From Candidatus Eiseniibacteriota bacterium (lineage in GTDB: Bacteria > Eisenbacteria > RBG-16-71-46 > JABDJR01), in the NCBI GenBank assembly GCA_963762255.1, contig CAVXKA010000001.1, forward strand, positions 1,460,147-1,524,146: a DNA stretch of 64,000 nt, read 5' to 3'. Below the pieces are notes generated by a model, which was not told where the DNA came from, searched no databases, and saw only the letters and a list, made by a program, of their open reading frames with translations. A program made the position numbers and the translations under genes. Each line of letters starts with the position of its first letter. Position 1 is the first letter of the stretch. Shown piece after piece: positions 1 to 9,838 of this stretch.

Positions 1-1058
1 GCACCGACCCCGGCACCGACGTGGCGGTGGTCAAGATGGATGTGCCGGCGGGTGACGCGCCGCTCCCCACCGTGCCGCTGGGAGATTCGGACGAGATGCG
101 CGTGGGGGACTGGGCGATCGCCATCGGCAACCCCCTCGGCGAGCTGGAGGGCACCCTCACGGTAGGCGTGATCAGCGCCAAGGGTCGCAAGGACCTGCGC
201 ATCATGGGGGGCGGCCCGGTCTACCAGGACTTCATTCAGACCGATGCCTCGATCAACTTCGGTAACTCCGGCGGACCGCTCGTGAACGTGCGCGGCGAGG
301 TCGTCGGCATCAACTCGGCGGTGAACCCGACCGGACAGGGCCTCGGTTTCTCCATCCCCATCAATCTCGCCCGCAAGGTGGCCATCGAACTCATCCGCAC
401 CGGCACGGTGCGCCGCGGGTATCTTGGGATCCTCCCGCAGCCGATCACCGCCGAAGTGCGCGAGGGATGGGAGATGCCCGGCCTGGCCGGCATCCTGGTG
501 GGAAGCGTCGAGAAGGAGACGCCCGCCGAGCGGAGCGGCCTTCTCGTCGGGGACGTGATCCTCGAGTTCAACCGCAAGCCGGTCCGCGATGTCCCGGACT
601 TCCGCGCCCTGGTAGCGGAAGCGGGAGTGGGAGTCAGCGTCCCCATCAAGTATCTGCGCAATGGCCGCGAGGCGACGCTTCAGGTCGTGCTCGACGAACG
701 GCCGGACACGCCGACGCCCCCCACGGAGTCGGAGGCACCGGCCCCTGAGGAGCCGCAGGCAGCGAAGGAGCACTGGCTTGGCGCCGTGTTCCAGGACATC
801 GATCAGGATCTGGTCGTGAACCTCGAACTCGCTGTGGACGAGGGCGTGGTGATCACCGAGCTGGACGCGATGGGTGCGGCCGCCCGCGCCGGCCTGCGGG
901 TCGGCGATGTGATCCGCGAGGTCAACCGCAAGGCCGTGACCGGCGCCAGGGAGGCGGAACGCGCTCTGGAGGCCGCCCGTAAGGCCATGAAACCCATCGT
1001 GTTCCTGATCCAGCGGGGTACCACGACCACCTTCGTCGCCGTCAGGCCCCCGGGTTGA
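1..1058 (+). CDS. HtrA/DegP-family periplasmic serine protease with two PDZ domains (5' partial; N-terminus lies upstream of the window)
   Basis: ORF 21..1058 is open to the window edge. It carries the trypsin-fold Ser motif TDASINFGNSGGPLVN, and the His and Asp regions would lie upstream. Two PDZ-like segments follow (GILVGSVEKETPAERSGLLVGDVILEFN and GVVITELDAMGAAARAGLRVGDVIREVN). Confidence 0.85.
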   Translation, partial: TDPGTDVAVVKMDVPAGDAPLPTVPLGDSDEMRVGDWAIAIGNPLGELEGTLTVGVISAKGRKDLRIMGGGPVYQDFIQTDASINFGNSGGPLVNVRGEVVGINSAVNPTGQGLGFSIPINLARKVAIELIRTGTVRRGYLGILPQPITAEVREGWEMPGLAGILVGSVEKETPAERSGLLVGDVILEFNRKPVRDVPDFRALVAEAGVGVSVPIKYLRNGREATLQVVLDERPDTPTPPTESEAPAPEEPQAAKEHWLGAVFQDIDQDLVVNLELAVDEGVVITELDAMGAAARAGLRVGDVIREVNRKAVTGAREAERALEAARKAMKPIVFLIQRGTTTTFVAVRPPG

Positions 1059-1213
1059 CGATTCGGGGTCGGGTTGGTAGCGTCTTGGGGTCTTCCCCCC
1101 CCCCGAGAGTTCTGGAGGCCACTCTGACCAGCCCGACCCACCCCCACCATGTCGTACCCATCAGCCGATCGGCCGTCCGCTTGGGGCGGCTCGCCGCCGC
1201 AGGGCTCAACATC

Positions 1214-2044
1214 ATGGTGGCTTTCGGGGTGCTGGCGCTGGTAACCGGCGTGCTGGCGGTGCGGGTTCAGACCCGCGGCCTTGGCGACGAGGCGCACCTC
1301 GATGAGATCGCGGCCCACAACGCCGCCCTCAAGGTCGAGATGATCCACATGAACGAGAGCATGGAGGAGCTGGTCGACGGTCTCATGGAGACCCGTGTCC
1401 TGGCCGGCATGTCTCGGTCGGTGATCGGGCTGGCGTCGCGTTCCGACTCGATCAGCGGCGGTGGGGTGGCGGTGGAGCCCCCCGACGTGACCGATCTGCA
1501 GGATCGCGTCCTGGCCGAAGTCATGGTGAACTCGGCCGAGCAACTCGACGAGTCACTCCGGCAGGCGCGCGAGCTCAAGGCGGTGTTCGGGGAGATCGTG
1601 GAGAGCATGGAGGCCCAGGGCGACGCGTGGGAGCGCATCCCCTCGGTGGGGCCCCTCCACGCGGCCCGGATGACGAGCGATTTCGGGCTGCGCCGCGATC
1701 CCTTCACCGGACGGCTCGCCTTGCACAAGGGGATCGACCTGGTCGCGCCGGTCGGAACGCCCGTGCGCGCTACCGCCAAAGGGCAGGTCACCCGGGCGGG
1801 GAGGGACGCCGGCTACGGCCTCATGGTCGAGATCGACCATCACAACGGCCTTGTCACCCGGTACGCGCACAACGCGGGGCTGGCGGTTCGGCCCGGGCAG
1901 ATCGTGCGCCGCGGGCAGGTCGTGGGCTATGTGGGACGAAGCGGTCGCGCCAGCGCTCCCCACGTGCACTACGAGGTGCTGCTGCACGGCGCGACGGTGA
2001 ACCCGGAGCCGTACATTCTTGCCGAGTACGTGACCGGCGATTGA
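1214..2044 (+). CDS. M23 (LytM-domain) metallopeptidase with N-terminal membrane anchor and coiled-coil, EnvC/NlpD-like
   Basis: ORF 1055..2044. The catalytic LytM signatures HKGIDL (HxxxD) and HVHYEV (HxH) are present. An N-terminal hydrophobic helix (MVAFGVLALVTGVLAV) is followed by a heptad-like helical region. The start is uncertain: ATG at 1214, or TTG at 1181 or 1055; the 1055 TTG overlaps the upstream stop. Confidence 0.78.
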   Translation: MVAFGVLALVTGVLAVRVQTRGLGDEAHLDEIAAHNAALKVEMIHMNESMEELVDGLMETRVLAGMSRSVIGLASRSDSISGGGVAVEPPDVTDLQDRVLAEVMVNSAEQLDESLRQARELKAVFGEIVESMEAQGDAWERIPSVGPLHAARMTSDFGLRRDPFTGRLALHKGIDLVAPVGTPVRATAKGQVTRAGRDAGYGLMVEIDHHNGLVTRYAHNAGLAVRPGQIVRRGQVVGYVGRSGRASAPHVHYEVLLHGATVNPEPYILAEYVTGD

Positions 2045-2082
2045 GCCCGATCCTCGCGACGCGCTAGAGTTACAGGCAACCC

Positions 2083-3300
2083 ATGCTCAGGTCACTGCGG
2101 ATCCTCATCCTCGCCCTTTCGCTCGGCCTTGTCGCGGCATCGAGCGCCGCCGCCGTTTCCCTGACCGGCGTGCGCTACTCCTCCAACGCCGAGCGCACGC
2201 GGATCGTCCTCGATCTTGACGCGCGCGCGACCTACGAGCACCGCAAGCTGTCCGATCCGGCGCGGGTCGTGCTGGAGATCGCCAAGGGCAAACTGGGCTC
2301 GCAGGTGGCGCCGGTCTCGGTGGGGGACGGCTACGTGCACCGCGTGCGCCTCAACCAGTTAACCGACGGGCGCGTGCAGGTCGTGGTCGATCTCGCGCGG
2401 GCACTCGACTACAGCGTGCTCGTCCTGTCGAAGCCGGAACGCCTCGTCATCGACGTGAAGCACCAGGGGAAGCCGGCGCCCCCCGAGACGCAGCCGACGC
2501 CCGCTGGAAGCGCGCCGCCCGGGGGCGCGGGGACGGGGAACGACGCGGTGACGACACCGCCGCCGATCCCGGTGCCGGTGCCGGCGGTGCCGCCCCGCAG
2601 AGGCCGCTGGGTGGTGGCGGTGGACGCCGGGCACGGTGGGAAAGACCCCGGTGCGCAGGGGCATGGCACGGACGAGAAGGACATCGCCTTCGCACTGGCC
2701 CGCGAAGTGGTGGCCGAGTTGAATCGCCGCCCCGGCATCACCGCGTTTCCGGTGCGCGCGGGCAATTACTTCATCCCGCTTGCGCGCCGCCGAGGCATCG
2801 CCGAGAAGGACAGCGCCGACGTTTTCGTCAGCATTCACTGCAACGCCAGCGAGAAGAAGGCGGCGCGGGGGACCGAGGTCTTCTTCCTGTCGCTAAAGGG
2901 CGCGAGCGACGAAGCGGCCAAGGAAGTCGCGAAGTTCGAGAACGAGGCCGACTCGCGCATGGGCATCGAGGCCGAAGCCCCCGAACTCGATCAGATCCTC
3001 TTCGACATGATCCAGGCCGATGTCCTCGTGAAGAGCCAGATGCTGGCCCAGAAGTGCCTGGAGAAGCTCTTCGGCCTCGGCACGGTCTACGACCGCGGCG
3101 TCAAACAAGCGGGTTTCGTCGTTCTCAAGTCCCCCCGCATCCCCTCCGTCCTCGTCGAAGCGGCCTTCATCACGAACCGCGAGGAGAACAAGCTCCTCAA
3201 GAGCGGCAAGTGGCAGGGCGATTTCGGGCGCCTTCTCGCCGACGGCGTGGAGGACTACTTGCGGGGCATCGAGCGCGCGGAGCACACCGAGCGGCCCTAG
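2083..3300 (+). CDS. amiC: N-acetylmuramoyl-L-alanine amidase with N-terminal AMIN domain (AmiC-like cell-separation amidase)
   Basis: Signal peptide, then an AMIN-like beta domain (VRYSSNAERTRIVLDLDARATYE...RVVLEI), then a Pro-rich linker. The Amidase_3 catalytic domain follows (VVAVDAGHGGKDPGA ... DVFVSIHCNAS ... VLVEAAFITN). Confidence 0.88.
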   Translation: MLRSLRILILALSLGLVAASSAAAVSLTGVRYSSNAERTRIVLDLDARATYEHRKLSDPARVVLEIAKGKLGSQVAPVSVGDGYVHRVRLNQLTDGRVQVVVDLARALDYSVLVLSKPERLVIDVKHQGKPAPPETQPTPAGSAPPGGAGTGNDAVTTPPPIPVPVPAVPPRRGRWVVAVDAGHGGKDPGAQGHGTDEKDIAFALAREVVAELNRRPGITAFPVRAGNYFIPLARRRGIAEKDSADVFVSIHCNASEKKAARGTEVFFLSLKGASDEAAKEVAKFENEADSRMGIEAEAPELDQILFDMIQADVLVKSQMLAQKCLEKLFGLGTVYDRGVKQAGFVVLKSPRIPSVLVEAAFITNREENKLLKSGKWQGDFGRLLADGVEDYLRGIERAEHTERP

Positions 3301-3310
3301 GGCCGGACGG

Positions 3311-3337
3311 GCGCCGCCCCCACCAGCGGCGGCTTTC
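3311..3337 (+). terminator. weak GC hairpin plus short T-run downstream of the amidase gene
   Basis: GCCGCC ... GGCGGC stem followed by TTTCGCG, 11 nt after the stop at 3300. Only a 6-7 bp stem and three T residues. Confidence 0.25.
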
Positions 3338-3476
3338 GCGCCTTCCCGCGCGCGCGCTTCCCAGACACTTCCCTTTCTCCTCCCCTTGTCTCAAGTCATC
3401 CCGCGCGCGGGCCGATAGCTGGAGCAGCCGCACTACCGCGCGGATCCGCGCACCAACCACGATGTGGAGCCAAGGG

Positions 3477-3881
3477 ATGAAGATCGCAGTGCACCGCAGA
3501 GAACCCTGGACCGTGCTGGCCCTTGAGGGTGATCTGGATCTGGACACGGGCCCCGGGGTCTACTTGCAGTTCCAGCGCGAGCTGCTGCAGGGACACACGC
3601 AGTTCGTCATCGACATGGACGGCGTGGAGATCGTGGACAGCTCCGGGCTCGGCGTGCTGGTGCGCTGCTACCGCGACGCGCGGAGCCGTGGCGGGGAAGT
3701 GGCGCTGCAAAAGGTACGGGAGCCGGTCGGGCGCATCCTCGAGTTCACCCGGCTGGACTCGATCTTCCGTATCCTCCCTCTCGCGGCGGACGCAAACGCG
3801 AGCGCGAGCGCGAACGCAAACGCAAGCGCGAACGCGAGCGCGGACGATCCCCCTGCGGACGTCCGGCTCGAAGCTGCCTAG
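3477..3881 (+). CDS. STAS-domain protein (anti-sigma-factor antagonist, SpoIIAA/RsbV-like) with low-complexity (AN/AS)n tail
   Basis: The ATG at 3477 is in frame with ORF 3054..3881. The STAS core is LALEGDLDLDTGP...FVIDMDGVEIVDSSGLGVLV. The upstream part of the long ORF is Arg-rich GC-artefact sequence. Confidence 0.7.
   Translation: MKIAVHRREPWTVLALEGDLDLDTGPGVYLQFQRELLQGHTQFVIDMDGVEIVDSSGLGVLVRCYRDARSRGGEVALQKVREPVGRILEFTRLDSIFRILPLAADANASASANANASANASADDPPADVRLEAA
3790..3843 (+). repeat. imperfect hexanucleotide coding repeat (GCGAAC/GCGAGC)n encoding ANASASANANASANASA
   Basis: Direct reading of 3790-3843: gcaaacgcgagcgcgagcgcgaacgcaaacgcaagcgcgaacgcgagcgcg. Confidence 0.5.
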
Positions 3882-3882
3882 C

Positions 3883-4332
3883 ATGCGCGGACGCGCCACC
3901 CGACTCAAGAACCCGGTCATCGAAGTGCTGCTATTCCAGGTGGCCGGCGTGCGCTACGGCGTCGCCCTGGGTCATGTGGTCGGTCTCGTGCGCGATCTGA
4001 GCGCGGTGACCGGTTGCGGTGTCTTCGACCCGCACGTTGTCTTCTTCGAAGGCCGCCAGGTGCCGGTGTTCCCCCCCGAGGACTTCCTCTCCGACGTCGG
4101 TCCGGGCGGATCGGTTCCCAACGAGGCCATCATCATCGACGACGGCGCCGGGGCCTACGGCATCGCGGTGGATTGCACGGAGAACGTCGTCGATGTGACG
4201 CCCGGAAGCGATCTCTACATCTTCCCGCCCCTCGACGACGCCGAGCCGTGCACCTGCCGGCCGTGGGGGATGCTCACGGTGGCCGAGCGCCCCGTGTTGC
4301 TCCTCGACCTCACTCGCGTCGGCGTGCACTGA
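3883..4332 (+). CDS. CheW-like domain protein (single-domain chemotaxis coupling-protein fold)
   Basis: The ATG at 3883 is 2 nt after the STAS stop. The N-terminus VIEVLLFQVAGVRYGVALGHVVGLVRD matches the CheW beta-barrel start, and the C-terminus RPVLLLDLTRV matches its end. The rest of ORF 3523..4332 upstream of this ATG is a frame artefact. Confidence 0.62.
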   Translation: MRGRATRLKNPVIEVLLFQVAGVRYGVALGHVVGLVRDLSAVTGCGVFDPHVVFFEGRQVPVFPPEDFLSDVGPGGSVPNEAIIIDDGAGAYGIAVDCTENVVDVTPGSDLYIFPPLDDAEPCTCRPWGMLTVAERPVLLLDLTRVGVH

Positions 4333-4360
4333 CCGTCCTGACCCGCGTCGGCGTGCACTA
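4311..4360 (+). repeat. 29-bp-period direct repeat (CGCGTCGGCGTGCACT x2) spanning the CheW-like stop codon
   Basis: The 16-mer cgcgtcggcgtgcact occurs at 4314-4329 and 4343-4358. Both copies encode TRVGVH followed by a stop in their frames. Confidence 0.45.
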
Positions 4361-4399
4361 GACGGAAGCCCCCGCCTCTTCGGATGGTAGGATTCAGTT

Positions 4400-6820
4400 A
4401 TGGAATCCTCGCTTCCCACCGTCCATCTACCCGTCAAAGGCATGACCTGTGCCGGTTGCGCGGCCACGATCGAGAAGGGGCTGAATGCCCTCGACGGCGT
4501 GGAGCGCGCGGCGGTGAACTTCGCCACCCAGGAAGCTCGGGTCGAGGGCCTTCCCCCGGGCGGCATGGACGCGGTCGTGCACGCGATCCGCGATCTGGGC
4601 TACGACGTCGCCACCGAGTCCCGCCGCTATCGCGTGGAAGGGATGCACTGCGCGTCCTGCGTAGCGAAGGTCGAGGGCGCGGTGAGCGGCGTCCCCGGCG
4701 TGCTCTCGGCGACGGTGAACCTGGCGACGGAAGAGCTGCGGGTGGCTGCGGTCTCCGGTGCGGCGGGCCCCGCCGAGGTCGCGGCGGCGGTCGAGCGCGC
4801 GGGCTACAAGCTGGCGGGCGAAGCGGTGGACGAGACGCAAGCCGAAGACGAGGCGCTACCGTGGAAGCGGCGGTTCCTGGTGAGCGCGCTCTTCACGCTG
4901 CCGATCGCGCTCGAGATGCTGCGCCACTGGATCCCGGGGGCCCGCGACTGGCCGCACCACACGGTGGCGTGGGTGCTGCTCGGCTTGGCCACGCCGGTCT
5001 ACCTGTGGGCCGGCTTCCCCTTCCATCGCGCCGCGCTGCGCGGCCTGCGTCACCGCGCCGCCGACATGAACACGTTGATCTCGGTGGGGACCACCGCCGC
5101 CTACGCCTATAGCGTGATCGCCACCGTTCTTCCCGGTCTCCTCACCGCGCGCGGCGCGGCTCCCGGCGTCTACTTCGATACGACCGCGGTCATCATCACG
5201 CTCATCCTCATGGGGCGCTGGATGGAAGCGCGCCAGCGTGACCGCACCCGTTCTGCAATGCGTGCGTTGGTGGGGCTTCGCCCCGATCGCGCGCTTCGCG
5301 TGCGCGGCCCCGTCGAGGAGATCGTGGAGGTGTCGGCGCTGCGCGTCGGCGATCTCGTGCGCGTGCGCCCCGGCGAGCGCGTGCCGGTGGACGGCGCGGT
5401 TCGCGAGGGATCGAGTACGGTGGATGAGTCGATGGTGACCGGCGAAGCGATCCCGGTGGACAAGGGCGAAGGGGACGAAGTCGTCGGCGGCACGATGAAC
5501 GGGTCGGGCGGACTTGTGGTCGAAGTGCAGCGAATCGGCGAGGACACCGCGCTCGCCCGCATCATCCGGCTCGTGCGCGAGGCCCAGGGCGCGAAGGCGC
5601 CGATTCAGCGCGTGGCCGACCGAGTGGCCGCGGTGTTCGTTCCGGTGGTGATCGCGGTGGCGGTGCTGACCTTTGCCGCGTGGCTCGTGCTCGACCCATC
5701 GCACAGCGTGGCGCGGGCGTTGGTCCCGTTCGTTGCCGTGCTGATCATCGCTTGTCCTTGCGCGCTCGGGCTGGCCACTCCGGCCGCGATCATGGTGGGA
5801 AGCGGCGTGGGCGCGCGGCACGGCATCCTCTTCAAAGGGGGCGACGTGCTCGAGCGCGCCGGTCGGAGCACGGTCGTCGTGCTCGACAAGACGGGGACGG
5901 TCACGCTCGGCCGCCCCACGCTGACGTGGATGGAGCCGGCGGACAACGACGAACTCCTCGCCCTGGCCGCGGCGGCGGAGCGCGGTTCGGAGCATCCGAT
6001 CGCGAGGGCCGTGGTGGCGGCGGCGGTCGAGAAGGGGCTCGCGATCCCAGAGGGGCGACTCTTCCAGGCGCGCGCCGGTCGCGGGGTGATCGTCTCGGTG
6101 GATCGGCTCGATGTGCGCGTCGGGAGCGAGGCGTACCTGCGCGAGGAGCGCATCGACCCCGGTCCGTGGGCGAAGAAGGCGCGCGAGGCCGCCGCGCGCG
6201 GCATGACGCCGCTCCTGGTCGCGCGGCAGAAAGACGTGCTGGGGATCCTCGGCGTGTCCGACGCGGTGAAGCCGGAGGCGAAAGAGGCGATCGAGCAGTT
6301 CCGGCGACTAGGCTTGGACGTGTGGCTCGTGACCGGGGACCGCGCGGAATCCGCCGAGCGCGTCGCGAAAGAGTTAGGCATCGAGCACGTGCGCGCGGGC
6401 GTGCTACCCGGCGAGAAGGCGACGCTGATCGAGGAGCTTCAAGAGCGCGGCGAGACGGTGCTCATGGTGGGCGACGGGGTCAACGACGCGCCCGCGCTGG
6501 CTCGCGCTGACGTGGGGATCGCGCTCGGAACCGGCACCGACGTGGCGCTCGAGACCGCGCCGGTGGCGTTGCTCTCGCGCGATCTGCGCGCCGCTCCGGC
6601 CGCCGTGCGCCTGAGCCGGCGTACGCTCTCCACGATCCGCCAGAATCTCTTCTGGGCGTTCGCCTACAACGTCGTGGGGATCCCACTGGCCGCGGGCGTC
6701 TTCTATCCGATCCTCGGTTGGCAGTTGAGCCCGATGATCGCCGCCGGGGCCATGGCCATGAGCAGCGTCTCCGTGCTGGCCAATTCGCTTCGCTTGCGCC
6801 GCTTCGACCCACAGCGCTAG
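4400..6820 (+). CDS. copA: copper-translocating P1B-type ATPase with two N-terminal HMA domains
   Basis: Two HMA motifs, [14 protein letters not shown] and [13 protein letters not shown]. The transmembrane CPC motif ([13 protein letters not shown]), the phosphorylation site DKTGTVT and the hinge [10 protein letters not shown] are all present. Confidence 0.95.
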   Translation: MESSLPTVHLPVKGMTCAGCAATIEKGLNALDGVERAAVNFATQEARVEGLPPGGMDAVVHAIRDLGYDVATESRRYRVEGMHCASCVAKVEGAVSGVPGVLSATVNLATEELRVAAVSGAAGPAEVAAAVERAGYKLAGEAVDETQAEDEALPWKRRFLVSALFTLPIALEMLRHWIPGARDWPHHTVAWVLLGLATPVYLWAGFPFHRAALRGLRHRAADMNTLISVGTTAAYAYSVIATVLPGLLTARGAAPGVYFDTTAVIITLILMGRWMEARQRDRTRSAMRALVGLRPDRALRVRGPVEEIVEVSALRVGDLVRVRPGERVPVDGAVREGSSTVDESMVTGEAIPVDKGEGDEVVGGTMNGSGGLVVEVQRIGEDTALARIIRLVREAQGAKAPIQRVADRVAAVFVPVVIAVAVLTFAAWLVLDPSHSVARALVPFVAVLIIACPCALGLATPAAIMVGSGVGARHGILFKGGDVLERAGRSTVVVLDKTGTVTLGRPTLTWMEPADNDELLALAAAAERGSEHPIARAVVAAAVEKGLAIPEGRLFQARAGRGVIVSVDRLDVRVGSEAYLREERIDPGPWAKKAREAAARGMTPLLVARQKDVLGILGVSDAVKPEAKEAIEQFRRLGLDVWLVTGDRAESAERVAKELGIEHVRAGVLPGEKATLIEELQERGETVLMVGDGVNDAPALARADVGIALGTGTDVALETAPVALLSRDLRAAPAAVRLSRRTLSTIRQNLFWAFAYNVVGIPLAAGVFYPILGWQLSPMIAAGAMAMSSVSVLANSLRLRRFDPQR

Positions 6821-6829
6821 GCTCCGCGG

Positions 6830-8224
6830 ATGCAACTCCAATTCTTCGGCGCCGCCCGCACCGTCACCGGCTCCCGCCACCTCCTCACCGTGAACGGGCA
6901 GAAGATCCTGCTCGATTGCGGGATGTTTCAGGGGCGCCGCGAGGAATCGGAACGGCTCAACCGCCAGCTCGGCTTCGACGCCGCCGAGATAGACGCGGTG
7001 GTGATGAGCCACGCGCACATCGACCACTCGGGGGCGCTGCCGAGCCTCGTGAAGGGCGGGTTCAAGGGAACCATTCACGCCACGCTGGCCACCGCCGATC
7101 TCCTCGGCGCGATGCTGCGCGACAGTGCCCATATCCAGGAAAGCGACGTCAAGTTCCTGAACAAGCATCGGCAACGCCGGGGAGAGAGCGAGAAGGCGCC
7201 CCTCTACACGCTGGCCGATGCGGAGAAGGCGATCGCGCGGATCCGTGAGCACCACTATCACAAGCCCATGCAGGTGGCGCCGGGAGTGGAAGTCACCTAC
7301 TACGACGCGGGGCACATCCTTGGGTCGGCGGTGGTGCAGCTTGACCTCACCGAGGGGACGCAGAAGAAGATACTCGTCTTCTCCGGCGATCTCGGGCGCC
7401 CCCATCTGCCGATTCTGCGGGATCCCGAGACCCCGCCCGAGGCCGACGCGCTCATCATCGAGAGCACCTACGGCGACCGCGAGCATGCACCCATCGAAGC
7501 CGCCGACGACCGGCTGGCCGCGCTCATCAACTCGGTCTGCGGAAACCGCGGCAAGCTCATCATCCCCGCGTTCGCGGTGGGGCGCACTCAGGAGCTGGTG
7601 TACGCGATCTCCCGGCTCATCCGCGCGCGCCGCATCCCCGGGTGCAGCGTGTACGTGGATAGCCCGCTCGCGCTCAACGTGACCGAGATCTTCGCCCGCC
7701 ACCCGGAATGCTACGACGACGAGATCCGTGCGGTGCTGCACGACACCGGCGATCCGTTCGGCTTTCATCTGCTGGAGTACGTGCGCTCGGTCGAGGAGAG
7801 CATCGAACTCAACGACAAGCCCGGGCCCTTCATCGTCATCTCGGCGAGCGGGATGCTCGAAGCGGGGCGCGTGCTCCATCACCTCAAGAACGCCATCGGC
7901 GATCCGCGCAACGTCGTGCTCATCGTCGGGTACCAGGCGGAGCATACGCTCGGGCGACACTTGGTCGAGGGCGCTCACGAGGTGAAGATCTACGGGGAGC
8001 CCCACGAGCGCAAGGCGCGCGTCGAAGTGATGAACGAGTTCTCGGCGCACGCGGACCGCAACGAATTGATCGCGTGGGTGCGCGAGTTCAAACGGACGCC
8101 CAAGCGCGCGTTCGTGGTGCACGGCGAGGAGACGCAGAGCCGGCCGTTCGCGCAGCGCTTGCGCGAGATGGCGGGCATCCCCGAGGTGTTCGTGCCGGCG
8201 ATGCGGGACAAGGGGACGGTCTAG
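6830..8224 (+). CDS. MBL-fold metallo-hydrolase of the beta-CASP family (RNA-processing nuclease-like)
   Basis: The N-terminus FFGAARTVTGSRHLLTVNGQKILLDCG and the HxHxDH motif MSHAHIDHSGALP are present. The C-terminal segment ending SAHADRNELIAWV is typical of the beta-CASP fold. Confidence 0.85.
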   Translation: MQLQFFGAARTVTGSRHLLTVNGQKILLDCGMFQGRREESERLNRQLGFDAAEIDAVVMSHAHIDHSGALPSLVKGGFKGTIHATLATADLLGAMLRDSAHIQESDVKFLNKHRQRRGESEKAPLYTLADAEKAIARIREHHYHKPMQVAPGVEVTYYDAGHILGSAVVQLDLTEGTQKKILVFSGDLGRPHLPILRDPETPPEADALIIESTYGDREHAPIEAADDRLAALINSVCGNRGKLIIPAFAVGRTQELVYAISRLIRARRIPGCSVYVDSPLALNVTEIFARHPECYDDEIRAVLHDTGDPFGFHLLEYVRSVEESIELNDKPGPFIVISASGMLEAGRVLHHLKNAIGDPRNVVLIVGYQAEHTLGRHLVEGAHEVKIYGEPHERKARVEVMNEFSAHADRNELIAWVREFKRTPKRAFVVHGEETQSRPFAQRLREMAGIPEVFVPAMRDKGTV

Positions 8225-8260
8225 CCGAACCGGATTAGGACGCGCCGGCCGCGGCGCGCG

Positions 8261-9838
8261 TCAACGTGCGACGGCCTCGATGCGCTCCACCGCGCGGAGC
8301 CCGTCCGAGGCGCTCGACATGATCCCGCCAGCATAGCCCGCGCCTTCGCCGACCGGATAGAGTCCGGCCACCGATACCGACTGGTAGCTCTCCGCATCGC
8401 GCAGCACCCGCACCGGCGATGACGTGCGCGTCTCCAATCCGATCAGCACGCCTTCCGGCCCGTCGTACCCGCGCACCAGGCGGCCGAAGTGCCGAATGCC
8501 GCGGCGCAGGAACGGAACCAGGGAGGGGGGAAGAAGACCGGTGAGATCGGTCGGCCGCACCCCGCGCCGGTAGGAGGTTTCGATGCGCGTGGTGGACGGC
8601 CGCGCGGCAAGGAAGTCGGGGATGCGCTGAGCGGGGGCAACGTGGCCGCCGCCGCCGGCCTCGTAGGCCTTCACTTCCAACCGCCGCTGGAATTCGAGTC
8701 CGGCCAACGGCCCGGAAGCGCCGAAGTCCTCCGGGCGCACGGTCACCACCACTGCCGCGTTGCCGAAGGGCTGTTCGCGATTGCTGTAGGACATGCCGTT
8801 GACGGTGAGGCCGTCGACCTCGGTGCCCGCCGCCACCACTTCACCGCCGGGGCACATGCAGAACGTGTAGGCGGAGCGATCGCCGCGCGGCGGATTGTAG
8901 GCCAGCATGTAATCCGCGGGCCCGGTCTCCGAGGCCTCCGCGCCGAGTTGCGCGCGGTTGAGAAGCGCCTGCGGGTGCTCGGCGCGCACCCCCACCGCGA
9001 AGGGGCGCGCTTCCATCGCGACCCGATGGCTACGCAGCATGCGGAACACGTCGCGCGCGCTGTGCCCGGTGGCGAGGAACACGGCATCGGTCTCGATGCG
9101 CTCGCCGTTGACGATCGCACCGCGCACGCGCCCGCCCTCGATCACGAGGTTCTCGAGACGTGCCCCGAATCGCATCTCCACGCCCGCCGCGTCCAGGCGC
9201 TCGTGCAGCGCGAGCAACGCGCGGCTGAGCCGGTTCGTGCCCAGATGCGGCTTCCCCGCGGTGACAATCTCCGGGGCCTGCGCGAGCTCGGAGAGGAGGC
9301 CCAGGATGTAGGGATTGCGCGGGTCGTTGCGCCGCGTGTAGAGCTTCCCGTCCGAAAACGTACCCGCGCCGCCGTCGCCGAAGACGACATTCGACTCGGG
9401 ATCGAGGATGCCGTCGTTCCAGTAGCGGTTGACGTCCTTCCACCGTTCGCGCAGCGCGTGGCCGCGATCGATGACGAGCGGGCGATAGCCCTTCTCGAGG
9501 AGCGCGAGCGTGATGAAGAGGCCGGCGGGGCCGGTCCCCACCACGAGCGGCTGGCCGCCGATGCGCACCTGCGGTCCCGAGTAGAGCGCATCCTTGGGCG
9601 GAGCTTCGGCCACGATGTGCGGATCGCCCGCAAACCGCTGCAACACCGGCTCGGCGTCGGCGAGCTCCACCTCCACGTTGTAGACGCGCACCGGCTGATG
9701 CTTGCGCGCGTCCACCGAGGTCTTGACCACGGCCAGGTTCAGGATCTCTTCGACGGGCACCCCGAGGCGCTCGGCCACGGCATGGCGCAGGCGGGATTCG
9801 GGCTCGGCATGGCGGAGATTATTGACGCGAATCTTCAT
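8261..9838 (-). CDS. FAD-dependent oxidoreductase (COG2509-like NAD(FAD)-dependent dehydrogenase)
   Basis: The minus-strand ORF has its ATG (MKIRVNNL) at 9838. Rossmann dinucleotide motif VVGTGPAGLFITLAL; C-terminal GEGAGYAGGIMSSASDG. The 49-codon N-terminal extension in the ORF track is probably not translated. Confidence 0.75.
   Translation of the reverse strand: MKIRVNNLRHAEPESRLRHAVAERLGVPVEEILNLAVVKTSVDARKHQPVRVYNVEVELADAEPVLQRFAGDPHIVAEAPPKDALYSGPQVRIGGQPLVVGTGPAGLFITLALLEKGYRPLVIDRGHALRERWKDVNRYWNDGILDPESNVVFGDGGAGTFSDGKLYTRRNDPRNPYILGLLSELAQAPEIVTAGKPHLGTNRLSRALLALHERLDAAGVEMRFGARLENLVIEGGRVRGAIVNGERIETDAVFLATGHSARDVFRMLRSHRVAMEARPFAVGVRAEHPQALLNRAQLGAEASETGPADYMLAYNPPRGDRSAYTFCMCPGGEVVAAGTEVDGLTVNGMSYSNREQPFGNAAVVVTVRPEDFGASGPLAGLEFQRRLEVKAYEAGGGGHVAPAQRIPDFLAARPSTTRIETSYRRGVRPTDLTGLLPPSLVPFLRRGIRHFGRLVRGYDGPEGVLIGLETRTSSPVRVLRDAESYQSVSVAGLYPVGEGAGYAGGIMSSASDGLRAVERIEAVAR

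Noticed and set aside
3054-3476. N-terminal 141-codon extension of the STAS ORF
   Set aside because: Arg/Pro-rich, with no similarity to STAS proteins. The in-frame ATG at 3477 gives a canonical short STAS protein, and the amidase terminator region lies inside the extension.
6404-8122. 572-aa minus-strand ORF antisense to the copA 3' end and the beta-CASP RNase
   Set aside because: Antisense to two strongly supported genes. Composition artefact.
8239-8262. GC-rich imperfect palindrome (GACGCGCCGGCCGCGGCGCGCGTC) between convergent genes
   Set aside because: It could be a bidirectional terminator, but it lacks T-runs on either side and overlaps the stop of the minus-strand FAD gene. Too ambiguous.
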